A stretch of DNA of 64,000 nucleotides, taken from positions 47,616,001-47,680,000 of the forward strand of contig OZ024750.1 of NCBI GenBank assembly GCA_964016885.1. Reading direction: 5' to 3'. Positions 43,261 to 56,637 of the stretch are shown one piece after another. Both the position numbers and the translations under genes were made by a program. The DNA is from Eledone cirrhosa (taxonomy: Eukaryota). How positions within the stretch are numbered: the first letter of the stretch is position 1; every line of letters begins with the position of its first letter. Below the pieces are notes generated by a model. That model had not been told where the DNA came from, did no database searches, and saw only the letters and a list, made by a program, of their open reading frames with translations.

Positions 43261-44081
43261 CATTCCTCCTATATATATATTTCTCATTTCCTCTCTCTTA
43301 CTTTCTATCTTTCTTCGGAAGGAATCTGCTGTATATGGTGCCTGGGGATGGATAGCCTCCGCCAGGCTTAAAGTGCCCCCGAAGGGTTGTATTTCTATAC
43401 GGTGACCTTATGACTCTATCAGGATTTCCAGCATCATACGTGCATACATATATGCGTACCTGTGTATATATACGTAGGTTTCTCTGTGAGTACTATATTT
43501 TACTTCTCGTGTAATTACAACTACACTAACACATTACCTACATGGGGGATGTTTCTCTCCAAACGTGACGTAGGTTTATAACTGTTCATTTTTCGATGAA
43601 TCCGAAAGTATTGAAGATTAATAAAGATTAAAAATGGGCATTTTTCGTTTGGCTTCATTTTTATATTAATTATAATGTTTCTGCACTCAAGTCTATCCCA
43701 GGAATGAGTGGTTAATTGTACTCAGATTAGTTCCATGTTATTTAACTTAATAAAATCATGTGAAAGCTGTTTAATCATTACTATCCATAGATATATTCTA
43801 TGTGTGTATGAACGTAATAAGATTGGATAAGTTCTGCTTAAACCCTTGATCATATTACTATTTATTATTCATGGTCTGTGATTTTATATTCGTACAATTT
43901 AGGATAGTTTACACTATGGATTACACATTGGATGAATTTATTCTTTATATTTCTGGTTCGTTCAAACGCATTGAGTTTTTCATCGACTTGACATAATTCA
44001 ACATCATTTATCTCTCCACTTATTTGATTGAATAGTATACACATAGTTCCACATACAACCACACGCAAAACAAAATACACA

Positions 44082-44120
<39 letters not shown>

Positions 44121-44726
44121 GTGTGTGAGTGTGGTTGTGTGTGGGTGGATGTGTGTAGTATTGGTGTGTATGTGTATATGCGTGTGTGTTTCTGCGTGTG
44201 CGTGTTTGTGTCTGCATGCATCTGAGTAAATATTCAACCGTGTGCGTTTGGACTAGTGGGAAATTGTATTGGTCTAATTCTAAAATTATTTCTGTGCTCG
44301 CAAGTGTATGCAGTGCTCTAGTTTTCCAGTAATTACATCTGTTACAGGCAAGGGAAACCGTGCAGCACTTCCAATACATAATGTAAGGAACTCGTATATA
44401 TAAGAAACTAAAATAAATATAAATATACACTTTCTTAAAAGCACTTAAAAAACACATATAAAAAAGAAGCAAATTATTGTATTTTCCAAGTAGAATTGCT
44501 TGAATATAATCACATACTTGCTTAAGAGCCAATATTTTTCCTATAGATTCTTGCACTTGATTTTGTTTGTTGCTGTTTTTTGTCTATATTATTTCCTGTG
44601 CTTCTCTATCATCACTATACTCAACATAACATGATTACTTATATTTATGATTCATTTTGTTAAGATGTATGTATAGAAGGTCATACGTACATAAAGTAAC
44701 ACACATAGACAACTATGTGTTCGATA

Positions 44727-45432
<706 letters not shown>

Positions 45433-45879
45433 TGCCAGAAGCTTCAGTAATTAGACTGAGGCCATGTTTCTGAAAGCCTATGAGTTTTTGAGTTCATACG
45501 TAAAGATGAAAGTGCGCGTGTGTATATCAATGTGTGTGTGTATCAATGTGTGTGTGTATCAATGTGTGTGTGTCTCTAAGAAACGATGTTTACTGCCGAT
45601 AGTGTTGTTTCATATATAATCGTACACACGCATATTCATATAAACTCATACACAGAGTAATGTATGTATATGTGTATGTGTGTGTGTGTATAAATATGTA
45701 TGTATATATGTGTATATCTATGATCGAGCGTATGCAACTGTGCGTGTGAGTGTTTCTGTATGTGCCTATGTGAATGTATGTGTGTACGTCTACAATTGCA
45801 CTGTCTAGATATATGAAATTCTCATAGCAATTTACCAAGTGAATAGATAATTTGGGCGAGGTGCGTATAATTAAAGATA

Positions 45880-45961
<82 letters not shown>

Positions 45962-46082
45962 AGGTGAGTTTTATTGTAGTACAATAAAGCAATGCAGATA
46001 TCGGATAAGAAGCACTCTACAGTTTGTGGGACTGGAGTATGCATAATATAAGATCAAAAGATGGTTAAGGGAGTTCAATATA

Positions 46083-46149
46083 TTTTATTATGCGCATTTC
46101 AAAAACAAACATCATTAAACAATAATATTTGTGTTTTCATCAGATAAAA
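46083..46149 (-). ncRNA. PLE hammerhead ribozyme, family A copy 1
   Basis: Reverse complement of 52020-52086. Confidence 0.9.
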
Positions 46150-47370
46150 CAGGAGAACATGATATGAAGGCTAAAAAAACACTTGTTGATAGTGCAGTTT
46201 TAAATCAACATATGAAAAGTGGTTTTAGATTGATGTGTGATATTGGGAAAAATATTTTATTTAGAGAGGGGGGGAGAGAAAAGGATGAAAAGGGAAGGAG
46301 ATGAGAGGGAGAGATGGGTGATAGAGAGAAAGAGATAGTTTTTATAACAGAGAGGAGATATATATTATATAGAGGGGTTGAAAACCGTTGGAAGATACTG
46401 TATAAATTAAAAATTTTGAAAATTAACGAAGGGAGGATATGTGCGAGGAAAAAATATATTATATTTAGGGAGGGGTGGGGGTGGAAAGGATGAAAAAAAG
46501 GGGAGGAGATGAGAGTGAAGGTGGAAAGGGAGAGATGGGTGATAGAGAGAAAGAGATAGTTTTTATAACTGAGAAAAAGATATAATGTTTTAATATAGAG
46601 AGGTTGGGAACCGTTGGAAGATAATGTATAAATTAAAGGAATTTGAAAATTAACGAAGGGAAATTATGTATGGAGATAGAGAGAAAAAAAAATATAACGA
46701 AGGGAGATTATGTATGGAGATAGAGAGAAAAAAATAATAATTGTGGGTGAATATTCAAAAGGAGAAATGTAGGAATCTTAAAATTAGCAAAGAGAAAATG
46801 TTTATGTATAGGATTTGAGAAAAATTTATATTGAATTCATATGTATTAATAATGAGTTTGTTGATGGGGAGAAAAAAATAATAATAATAAATTAAGGATG
46901 AAATTGAGATTAAAAAGATTTATGATAGAGAGAAAAAATAATAATGATTGCGGATGAATACTCAAAATGTCAAAAACAAATGTTATTGTTTTACGAAGAG
47001 ATATAATGAGGGTGATGAGTAAACGGGTATTATAGAGTGTATAATGCCCTTTAAAGTAAGGTAGATGGGTATATTTTAAAGAATATATGAGTATATATTA
47101 AAAAAATATATATAATAATAAATTAAGGATGAAATTGAGATTAAAAAGATTTATGATAGAGGGAAAAAAAATAATAATGATTGCGGATGAATATTCAAAA
47201 TGTCAAAAACAAATGTTATTGTTTTACGAGAAGATAGGATGAGGTAAATGAATAAACGAGTACTATAGAGTGTATAATGCCCTTTAAAGTAAGGTAGATG
47301 GGTATATTTTAAAGAAGTGTATGTATATGTGCCTTTGAGAAAAGATTCTAAATTGATAAAGAATTGAATA

Positions 47371-49833
47371 TTAACTGTATACTTTGTGAAAAGTTCTATG
47401 GAATTTATGAAGGCAGATGGAGAACAAATCCGAGCGTCTATTTATTATGGATTCTAGGTTAGAGATAATGGTAAATTTTTCATTTAGGCAGAGATTACAG
47501 ATTTTAGATAGAGAACTGTTCAAGTACGAGGATGCAGAAGAAATCTTTTTCCAAAAGATGTTATATTTAATGTTTTTGTCTTTTAAGGACCATATGAGTT
47601 CTGAGAGAGCAGTGTTAGTTCTTTTAAGTTTGTATTTGAAAGATGAATGATGATTATAGAGACGAGCTTTAAAAGAGGTGGAAGTGGAGCCAAAATAGGT
47701 GAAGGAGTTGGTGCTAGTTATAATTTTACATTCATAAATTAAGTTTTTATCGAGGCAATGGTTGTTGAGAGGACATTTATTTTTAATGCGGCAGTTGCAA
47801 TTAGAGAGATTATTAATGAGTGATCTAGTGTTATCTATAGAAGGAATTGGATTGGAGAAGTTGTTTGCGATAGGAATAATAGGAATAATAGTTTCTTGAT
47901 TTAGAGTTGGATTATGAACATTTAGCGAAGTTGTGTTTGACGTTGTATTTGGGTTTACAGAAGTTAGCCTAGGGTTTACAATGACGTCAGGAGTACTATT
48001 ATTGTTATTATGAGATTCAATATTGGAAGGAAGAGATTTAGTATTTAATATTTTGTTGTTGTGTTTAGAAATGATGTTGGAAATATTGGAGGATGTAGAA
48101 TACGAAAATTTAATGGTGTGTTTGTTAAATATTTTACTATAGATATGTGAGGGAGGGAAGCATTTATTTAAGGCACTAAAAAATAATTTAGGAATATTGT
48201 TATTAATAGAGATGGAGAAAGGAGCATTATACCAGATTATGTTTTTGTATCTAGGTCTTTTATTAAAATTATTGGAATGGTTATGATTAAATATTCTACT
48301 GTAAGTTTTCCTAGAATTTGTTTCTTTATTATATTTGATTTTATCTGGATAGCCAGCTTTAGAAAGTGCGTTATTATAGTAATTGGCGTTAGCATCAAAG
48401 ATGTTTTTATTAGAAGATATGTTAGATATTCTATTTCCAATATTATTAACTATAGCATTCTTGATATTGGTAGGATGGTTAGATTTAAAGTTAACATAAT
48501 TAAGATTCTCATTGTTTTTATGGTAAGGGTAATATAGGCCAGTGTCAAGATTAAGAGATACATCCAAGAAATTAGCTAGTTTGGTACTATTATCAAATTC
48601 AATTTTTAGGTTATGTTGGTTAAAGAGATTACGTATATTGTTCTTAATAATATTAAGTTTAACTATATTGCAATTTAGGATAGTAAAGAGTCCATCGTCA
48701 CGATAAATTCCACCGCGAAGTTGAGGAATTTTCCGACTCAAAGAGTTCAAAATGAAGATACCAATTAAATCAGTCAATTGGGATGAATCGGATGCTCCCA
48801 TTGTGATGTCGAAGTTGTTAGAGGTATCGGCTCTGGTCCAATATTCGTTGTTGAACTCTAGGATGGTTTTACGTGCGGTGAGGATGATGTGAAGTTCATC
48901 TGTGGTGATGTCAGAATATTTAAGTGCGAAAGATAGAGCATTATTGAGAAGTGAAGGCGAAATGGAGGAATAGTAGCTGGCAATATCGAATTGAATAAAT
49001 TTTAGTTTGTTTTTATTATCCAATTTGTTGAACCAGCCAATCACTTCAGAAGTACCAAACCATAAATTTAGGTTTAAAGAAGAGCAATTAGAACTAACCT
49101 GTGGGATAATCCTATCCAAGATGGCTTTACTAACAACCCCCAGATCAGATTTAGAGGGGGCGATTAATCTAACAGGTAGTTCAGTGCGAAAATTGTTTTT
49201 GTGATCCTTGAGATTTATCCTCGGAGTTCTTGGGAGGAATGGTTCGGTCTTTTTTTCAATGCCAAGTTTTGACATAATCTCATAGGCTTCAAGGTTTATG
49301 CATTCTAAATTTTCATGGTTGGTTTTACGATACTTTTTCCTAAGTTCCTTTAGGATAAGGTTGTTATAATTATCCTTGGAAATACCATATAGGTTATTGG
49401 TTTTGTCAGAGTGGACTAAAACATTTTTTGAGGAATTTAGGTTAGAGATTGTGTTCTTGAGATTTACAAGGTGCTCTTGTCCTTTGTAAGGGTATCTCTT
49501 GAATTTAAGATTTTTTATAATTTTAGTTAATTCTTCCTCGAATTGTGCTAGATTTTTGTTGGAAGGAGGATTTCGTCTGGAATTAAAAAGATGATCGAGG
49601 AAGTTGTGTTCTTTGGTATGAAAGTTCCCTTTTAGGCGCTGGTCATAGAAATAGGCTGTCCATCTAAGTCTTCTTACGAAGGAGTCAGTTTTTTCAATAA
49701 GAAGTTTGGTGAATTCAGATTTACCAGGTATAGGAATGTCTTTAGTAGAGTTGGTTATGTTGTAATAATCCATGTTGTAGAAGAAGAGGTGAAGGACCAT
49801 CAAAAGGTATCCAATATGAGAGTAAGCGCTCAA
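47371..49833 (-). CDS. PLE polyprotein: reverse transcriptase + C-terminal GIY-YIG endonuclease, intact
   Basis: 820-aa ORF with HSDKT, QFDIASYYSSI, ITMGA, YRDDGL, NFLDV, CNCRIKNKCPLNNHC, LIYEC..YFGST..FKARLYNH, CNLC and CLH. The track start is TTG, so the true start is uncertain. Confidence 0.95.
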   Translation of the reverse strand: MSAYSHIGYLLMVLHLFFYNMDYYNITNSTKDIPIPGKSEFTKLLIEKTDSFVRRLRWTAYFYDQRLKGNFHTKEHNFLDHLFNSRRNPPSNKNLAQFEEELTKIIKNLKFKRYPYKGQEHLVNLKNTISNLNSSKNVLVHSDKTNNLYGISKDNYNNLILKELRKKYRKTNHENLECINLEAYEIMSKLGIEKKTEPFLPRTPRINLKDHKNNFRTELPVRLIAPSKSDLGVVSKAILDRIIPQVSSNCSSLNLNLWFGTSEVIGWFNKLDNKNKLKFIQFDIASYYSSISPSLLNNALSFALKYSDITTDELHIILTARKTILEFNNEYWTRADTSNNFDITMGASDSSQLTDLIGIFILNSLSRKIPQLRGGIYRDDGLFTILNCNIVKLNIIKNNIRNLFNQHNLKIEFDNSTKLANFLDVSLNLDTGLYYPYHKNNENLNYVNFKSNHPTNIKNAIVNNIGNRISNISSNKNIFDANANYYNNALSKAGYPDKIKYNKETNSRKTYSRIFNHNHSNNFNKRPRYKNIIWYNAPFSISINNNIPKLFFSALNKCFPPSHIYSKIFNKHTIKFSYSTSSNISNIISKHNNKILNTKSLPSNIESHNNNNSTPDVIVNPRLTSVNPNTTSNTTSLNVHNPTLNQETIIPIIPIANNFSNPIPSIDNTRSLINNLSNCNCRIKNKCPLNNHCLDKNLIYECKIITSTNSFTYFGSTSTSFKARLYNHHSSFKYKLKRTNTALSELIWSLKDKNIKYNIFWKKISSASSYLNSSLSKICNLCLNEKFTIISNLESIINRRSDLFSICLHKFHRTFHKVYS

Positions 49834-49979
49834 CCGTTAAGGAGCAAGTAAATGTAGGAGGTGAGTTTTATTGTAGTACAATAAAGCAATGCAGATATCG
49901 GATAAGAAGCACTCTACAGTTTGTGGGACTGGAGTATGCATAATATAAGATCAAAAGATGGTTAAGGGAGTTCAATATA

Positions 49980-50046
49980 TTTTATTATGCGCATTTCAAA
50001 AACAAACATCATTAAACAATAATATTTGTGTTTTCATCAGATAAAA
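49980..50046 (-). ncRNA. PLE hammerhead ribozyme, family A copy 2
   Basis: Reverse complement of 52020-52086. Confidence 0.9.
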
Positions 50047-52019
50047 CAGGAGAACATGATATGAAGGCTAAAAAAACACTTGTTGATAGTGCAGTTTTAA
50101 ATCAACATATGAAAAGTGGTTTTAGATTGATGTGTGATATTGGGAAAAATATTTTATTTAGAGAGGGGGGGAGAGAAAAGGATGAAAAGGGAAGGAGATG
50201 AGAGGGAGAGATGGGTGATAGAGAGAAAGAGATAGTTTTTATAACAGAGAGGAGATATATATTATATAGAGGGGTTGAAAACCGTTGGAAGATACTGTAT
50301 AAATTAAAAATTTTGAAAATTAACGAAGGGAGGATATGTGCGAGGAAAAAATATATTATATTTAGGGAGGGGTGGGGGTGGAAAGGATGAAAAAAAGGGG
50401 AGGAGATGAGAGTGAAGGTGGAAAGGGAGAGATGGGTGATAGAGAGAAAGAGATAGTTTTTATAACTGAGAAAAAGATATAATGTTTTAATATAGAGAGG
50501 TTGGGAACCGTTGGAAGATAATGTATAAATTAAAGGAATTTGAAAATTAACGAAGGGAAATTATGTATGGAGATAGAGAGAAAAAAAAATATAACGAAGG
50601 GAGATTATGTATGGAGATAGAGAGAAAAAAATAATAATTGTGGGTGAATATTCAAAAGGAGAAATGTAGGAATCTTAAAATTAGCAAAGAGAAAATGTTT
50701 ATGTATAGGATTTGAGAAAAATTTATATTGAATTCATATGTATTAATAATGAGTTTGTTGATGGGGAGAAAAAAATAATAATAATAAATTAAGGATGAAA
50801 TTGAGATTAAAAAGATTTATGATAGAGAGAAAAAATAATAATGATTGCGGATGAATACTCAAAATGTCAAAAACAAATGTTATTGTTTTACGAAGAGATA
50901 TAATGAGGGTGATGAGTAAACGGGTATTATAGAGTGTATAATGCCCTTTAAAGTAAGGTAGATGGGTATATTTTAAAGAATATATGAGTATATATTAAAA
51001 AAATATATATAATAATAAATTAAGGATGAAATTGAGATTAAAAAGATTTATGATAGAGGGAAAAAAATAATAATGATTGCGGATGAATATTCAAAATGTC
51101 AAAAACAAATGTTATTGTTTTACGAGAAGATAGGATGAGGTAAATGAATAAACGAGTACTATAGAGTGTATAATGCCCTTTAAAGTAAGGTAGATGGGTA
51201 TATTTTAAAGAAGTGTATGTATATGTGCCTTTGAGAAAAGATTCTAAATTGATAAAGAATTGAATATTAACTGTATACTTTGTGAAAAGTTTTTTTCTCC
51301 CCATCAACAAACTCATTATTAATACATATGAATTCAATATAAATTTTTCTCAAATCCTATACATAAACATTTTCTCTTTGCTAATTTTAAGATTCCTACA
51401 TTTCTCCTTTTGAATATTCACCCACAATTATTATTTTTTTCTCTCTATCTCCATACATAATCTCCCTTCGTTATATTTTTTTTTTCTCTCTATCTCCATA
51501 CATAATTTCCCTTCGTTAATTTTCAAATTCCTTTAATTTATACATTATCTTCCAACGGTTCCCAACCTCTCTATATTAAAACATTATATCTTTTTCTCAG
51601 TTATAAAAACTATCTCTTTCTCTCTATCACCCATCTCTCCCTTTCCACCTTCACTCTCATCTCCTCCCCTTTTTTTCATCCTTTCCACCCCCACCCCTCC
51701 CTAAATATAATATATTTTTTCCTCGCACATATCCTCCCTTCGTTAATTTTCAAAATTTTTAATTTATACAGTATCTTCCAACGGTTTTCAACCCCTCTAT
51801 ATAATATATATCTCCTCTCTGTTATAAAAACTATCTCTTTCTCTCTATCACCCATCTCTCCCTCTCATCTCCTTCCCTTTTCATCCTTTTCTCTCCCCCC
51901 CTCTCTAAATAAAATATTTTTCCCAATATCACACATCAATCTAAAACCACTTTTCATATGTTGATTTAAAACTGCACTATCAACAAGTGTTTTTTTAGCC
52001 TTCATATCATGTTCTCCTG

Positions 52020-52086
52020 TTTTATCTGATGAAAACACAAATATTATTGTTTAATGATGTTTGTTTTTGAAATGCGCATAATAAAA
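52020..52086 (+). ncRNA. PLE hammerhead ribozyme, family A copy 3
   Basis: TTTTAT-CTGATGA-long stem II (ACAAATATTATTG/TAATGATGTTTGT)-GAAA-TGCGCA-TA-ATAAAA. Confidence 0.9.
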
Positions 52087-52232
52087 TATATTGAACTCCC
52101 TTAACCATCTTTTGATCTTATATTATGCATACTCCAGTCCCACAAACTGTAGAGTGCTTCTTATCCGATATCTGCATTGCTTTATTGTACTACAATAAAA
52201 CTCACCTCCTACATTTACTTGCTCCTTAACGG

Positions 52233-54695
52233 TTGAGCGCTTACTCTCATATTGGATACCTTTTGATGGTCCTTCACCTCTTCTTCTACAACATGGATTA
52301 TTACAACATAACCAACTCTACTAAAGACATTCCTATACCTGGTAAATCTGAATTCACCAAACTTCTTATTGAAAAAACTGACTCCTTCGTAAGAAGACTT
52401 AGATGGACAGCCTATTTCTATGACCAGCGCCTAAAAGGGAACTTTCATACCAAAGAACACAACTTCCTCGATCATCTTTTTAATTCCAGACGAAATCCTC
52501 CTTCCAACAAAAATCTAGCACAATTCGAGGAAGAATTAACTAAAATTATAAAAAATCTTAAATTCAAGAGATACCCTTACAAAGGACAAGAGCACCTTGT
52601 AAATCTCAAGAACACAATCTCTAACCTAAATTCCTCAAAAAATGTTTTAGTCCACTCTGACAAAACCAATAACCTATATGGTATTTCCAAGGATAATTAT
52701 AACAACCTTATCCTAAAGGAACTTAGGAAAAAGTATCGTAAAACCAACCATGAAAATTTAGAATGCATAAACCTTGAAGCCTATGAGATTATGTCAAAAC
52801 TTGGCATTGAAAAAAAGACCGAACCATTCCTCCCAAGAACTCCGAGGATAAATCTCAAGGATCACAAAAACAATTTTCGCACTGAACTACCTGTTAGATT
52901 AATCGCCCCCTCTAAATCTGATCTGGGGGTTGTTAGTAAAGCCATCTTGGATAGGATTATCCCACAGGTTAGTTCTAATTGCTCTTCTTTAAACCTAAAT
53001 TTATGGTTTGGTACTTCTGAAGTGATTGGCTGGTTCAACAAATTGGATAATAAAAACAAACTAAAATTTATTCAATTCGATATTGCCAGCTACTATTCCT
53101 CCATTTCGCCTTCACTTCTCAATAATGCTCTATCTTTCGCACTTAAATATTCTGACATCACCACAGATGAACTTCACATCATCCTCACCGCACGTAAAAC
53201 CATCCTAGAGTTCAACAACGAATATTGGACCAGAGCCGATACCTCTAACAACTTCGACATCACAATGGGAGCATCCGATTCATCCCAATTGACTGATTTA
53301 ATTGGTATCTTCATTTTGAACTCTTTGAGTCGGAAAATTCCTCAACTTCGCGGTGGAATTTATCGTGACGATGGACTCTTTACTATCCTAAATTGCAATA
53401 TAGTTAAACTTAATATTATTAAGAACAATATACGTAATCTCTTTAACCAACATAACCTAAAAATTGAATTTGATAATAGTACCAAACTAGCTAATTTCTT
53501 GGATGTATCTCTTAATCTTGACACTGGCCTATATTACCCTTACCATAAAAACAATGAGAATCTTAATTATGTTAACTTTAAATCTAACCATCCTACCAAT
53601 ATCAAGAATGCTATAGTTAATAATATTGGAAATAGAATATCTAACATATCTTCTAATAAAAACATCTTTGATGCTAACGCCAATTACTATAATAACGCAC
53701 TTTCTAAAGCTGGCTATCCAGATAAAATCAAATATAATAAAGAAACAAATTCTAGGAAAACTTACAGTAGAATATTTAATCATAACCATTCCAATAATTT
53801 TAATAAAAGACCTAGATACAAAAACATAATCTGGTATAATGCTCCTTTCTCCATCTCTATTAATAACAATATTCCTAAATTATTTTTTAGTGCCTTAAAT
53901 AAATGCTTCCCTCCCTCACATATCTATAGTAAAATATTTAACAAACACACCATTAAATTTTCGTATTCTACATCCTCCAATATTTCCAACATCATTTCTA
54001 AACACAACAACAAAATATTAAATACTAAATCTCTTCCTTCCAATATTGAATCTCATAATAACAATAATAGTACTCCTGACGTCATTGTAAACCCTAGGCT
54101 AACTTCTGTAAACCCAAATACAACGTCAAACACAACTTCGCTAAATGTTCATAATCCAACTCTAAATCAAGAAACTATTATTCCTATTATTCCTATCGCA
54201 AACAACTTCTCCAATCCAATTCCTTCTATAGATAACACTAGATCACTCATTAATAATCTCTCTAATTGCAACTGCCGCATTAAAAATAAATGTCCTCTCA
54301 ACAACCATTGCCTCGATAAAAACTTAATTTATGAATGTAAAATTATAACTAGCACCAACTCCTTCACCTATTTTGGCTCCACTTCCACCTCTTTTAAAGC
54401 TCGTCTCTATAATCATCATTCATCTTTCAAATACAAACTTAAAAGAACTAACACTGCTCTCTCAGAACTCATATGGTCCTTAAAAGACAAAAACATTAAA
54501 TATAACATCTTTTGGAAAAAGATTTCTTCTGCATCCTCGTACTTGAACAGTTCTCTATCTAAAATCTGTAATCTCTGCCTAAATGAAAAATTTACCATTA
54601 TCTCTAACCTAGAATCCATAATAAATAGACGCTCGGATTTGTTCTCCATCTGCCTTCATAAATTCCATAGAACTTTTCACAAAGTATACAGTTAA
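52233..54695 (+). CDS. PLE polyprotein (RT + GIY-YIG), identical in translation to 47371-49833
   Basis: Same 820-aa sequence; the first in-frame ATGs are at about 52266 and 52293. Confidence 0.95.
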   Translation: MSAYSHIGYLLMVLHLFFYNMDYYNITNSTKDIPIPGKSEFTKLLIEKTDSFVRRLRWTAYFYDQRLKGNFHTKEHNFLDHLFNSRRNPPSNKNLAQFEEELTKIIKNLKFKRYPYKGQEHLVNLKNTISNLNSSKNVLVHSDKTNNLYGISKDNYNNLILKELRKKYRKTNHENLECINLEAYEIMSKLGIEKKTEPFLPRTPRINLKDHKNNFRTELPVRLIAPSKSDLGVVSKAILDRIIPQVSSNCSSLNLNLWFGTSEVIGWFNKLDNKNKLKFIQFDIASYYSSISPSLLNNALSFALKYSDITTDELHIILTARKTILEFNNEYWTRADTSNNFDITMGASDSSQLTDLIGIFILNSLSRKIPQLRGGIYRDDGLFTILNCNIVKLNIIKNNIRNLFNQHNLKIEFDNSTKLANFLDVSLNLDTGLYYPYHKNNENLNYVNFKSNHPTNIKNAIVNNIGNRISNISSNKNIFDANANYYNNALSKAGYPDKIKYNKETNSRKTYSRIFNHNHSNNFNKRPRYKNIIWYNAPFSISINNNIPKLFFSALNKCFPPSHIYSKIFNKHTIKFSYSTSSNISNIISKHNNKILNTKSLPSNIESHNNNNSTPDVIVNPRLTSVNPNTTSNTTSLNVHNPTLNQETIIPIIPIANNFSNPIPSIDNTRSLINNLSNCNCRIKNKCPLNNHCLDKNLIYECKIITSTNSFTYFGSTSTSFKARLYNHHSSFKYKLKRTNTALSELIWSLKDKNIKYNIFWKKISSASSYLNSSLSKICNLCLNEKFTIISNLESIINRRSDLFSICLHKFHRTFHKVYS

Positions 54696-55914
54696 TATTC
54701 AATTCTTTATCAATTTAGAATCTTTTCTCAAAGGCACATATACATACACTTCTTTAAAATATACCCATCTACCTTACTTTAAAGGGCATTATACACTCTA
54801 TAGTACTCGTTTATTCATTTACCTCATCCTATCTTCTCGTAAAACAATAACATTTGTTTTTGACATTTTGAATATTCATCCGCAATCATTATTATTTTTT
54901 TCCCTCTATCATAAATCTTTTTAATCTCAATTTCATCCTTAATTTATTATTATATATATTTTTTTAATATATACTCATATATTCTTTAAAATATACCCAT
55001 CTACCTTACTTTAAAGGGCATTATACACTCTATAATACCCGTTTACTCATCACCCTCATTATATCTCTTCGTAAAACAATAACATTTGTTTTTGACATTT
55101 TGAGTATTCATCCGCAATCATTATTATTTTTTCTCTCTATCATAAATCTTTTTAATCTCAATTTCATCCTTAATTTATTATTATTATTTTTTTCTCCCCA
55201 TCAACAAACTCATTATTAATACATATGAATTCAATATAAATTTTTCTCAAATCCTATACATAAACATTTTCTCTTTGCTAATTTTAAGATTCCTACATTT
55301 CTCCTTTTGAATATTCACCCACAATTATTATTTTTTTCTCTCTATCTCCATACATAATCTCCCTTCGTTATATTTTTTTTCTCTCTATCTCCATACATAA
55401 TTTCCCTTCGTTAATTTTCAAATTCCTTTAATTTATACATTATCTTCCAACGGTTCCCAACCTCTCTATATTAAAACATTATATCTTTTTCTCAGTTATA
55501 AAAACTATCTCTTTCTCTCTATCACCCATCTCTCCCTTTCCACCTTCACTCTCATCTCCTCCCCTTTTTTTCATCCTTTCCACCCCCACCCCTCCCTAAA
55601 TATAATATATTTTTTCCTCGCACATATCCTCCCTTCGTTAATTTTCAAAATTTTTAATTTATACAGTATCTTCCAACGGTTTTCAACCCCTCTATATAAT
55701 ATATATCTCCTCTCTGTTATAAAAACTATCTCTTTCTCTCTATCACCCATCTCTCCCTCTCATCTCCTTCCCTTTTCATCCTTTTCTCTCCCCCCCTCTC
55801 TAAATAAAATATTTTTCCCAATATCACACATCAATCTAAAACCACTTTTCATATGTTGATTTAAAACTGCACTATCAACAAGTGTTTTTTTAGCCTTCAT
55901 ATCATGTTCTCCTG

Positions 55915-55981
55915 TTTTATCTGATGAAAACACAAATATTATTGTTTAATGATGTTTGTTTTTGAAATGCGCATAATAAAA
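55915..55981 (+). ncRNA. PLE hammerhead ribozyme, family A copy 4
   Basis: Same sequence as 52020-52086. Confidence 0.9.
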
Positions 55982-56013
55982 TATATTGAACTCCCTTAAC
56001 CATCTTTTGATCT

Positions 56014-56065
<52 letters not shown>

Positions 56066-56069
<4 letters not shown>

Positions 56070-56178
56070 ATAATAATAAATTTGAAGACTAAAATCCAAA
56101 GAGGGCTCGATAAGGATAATATATATCAAATATTTAAGAACCGTAGGGCAAATATTTATTAAAATCTGTTATTTTAAG

Positions 56179-56182
<4 letters not shown>
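56066..56182 (-). mobile_element. Family B terminal fragment (tail + very short inverted arm)
   Basis: Matches 13211-13308 and is followed by an inverted AATCTGTTATTTTAA. Confidence 0.8.
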
Positions 56183-56210
<28 letters not shown>

Positions 56211-56469
56211 ATAAATCTACCAAAATGTACGGTAGTGTCCAATCTGTTTTTTTTTTTCAATAAACAAATATCATTATTTCTGAAGAAGGCATATATATGT
56301 GTAGGTATGTATGTATATTCCCTCTGATAGTTTGTAAAAATTTAACATAGATCTATAGGATATGCATACCAACACTAACTTATATATCCTAGGAACGATC
56401 GTAAAATGATGAATTGTTTAATATAAGGAACTGTTTCTTTGTTTATTCATTGTTTTTATTAATTCATAT

Positions 56470-56637
<168 letters not shown>

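Larger units (their letters stand above)
45958..56021. mobile_element. Head-to-head inverted pair of full-length Penelope-like elements (family A) inserted in (TA)n
   Basis: Minus unit: tail + pLTR 45958-47370, ORF, upstream pLTR 49855-51291. Plus unit: partial pLTR 51290-52210, ORF, pLTR 54696-56021. Confidence 0.95.

Noticed and set aside
39350-44700. Possible host exons in the less repetitive stretches
   Set aside because: I found no recognisable protein similarity or supportable exon structure by eye. Small exons cannot be excluded.
52233-52265. TTG as the true start of the 820-aa ORF
   Set aside because: This is an ORF-finder alternative start. ATGs at about 52266 or 52293, or a spliced leader, are more plausible in a eukaryote.
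47417-54649. Small antisense or alternate-frame ORFs inside the PLE ORFs
   Set aside because: They are shadows of the main reading frame and have no recognisable motifs.
45958-56021. Palindrome as a pure sequencing or assembly artefact
   Set aside because: Not favoured, because the one-sided tail, the asymmetric spacer and the different outer flanks match the older diverged insertion at 23533-26745. Read-level confirmation is still needed.
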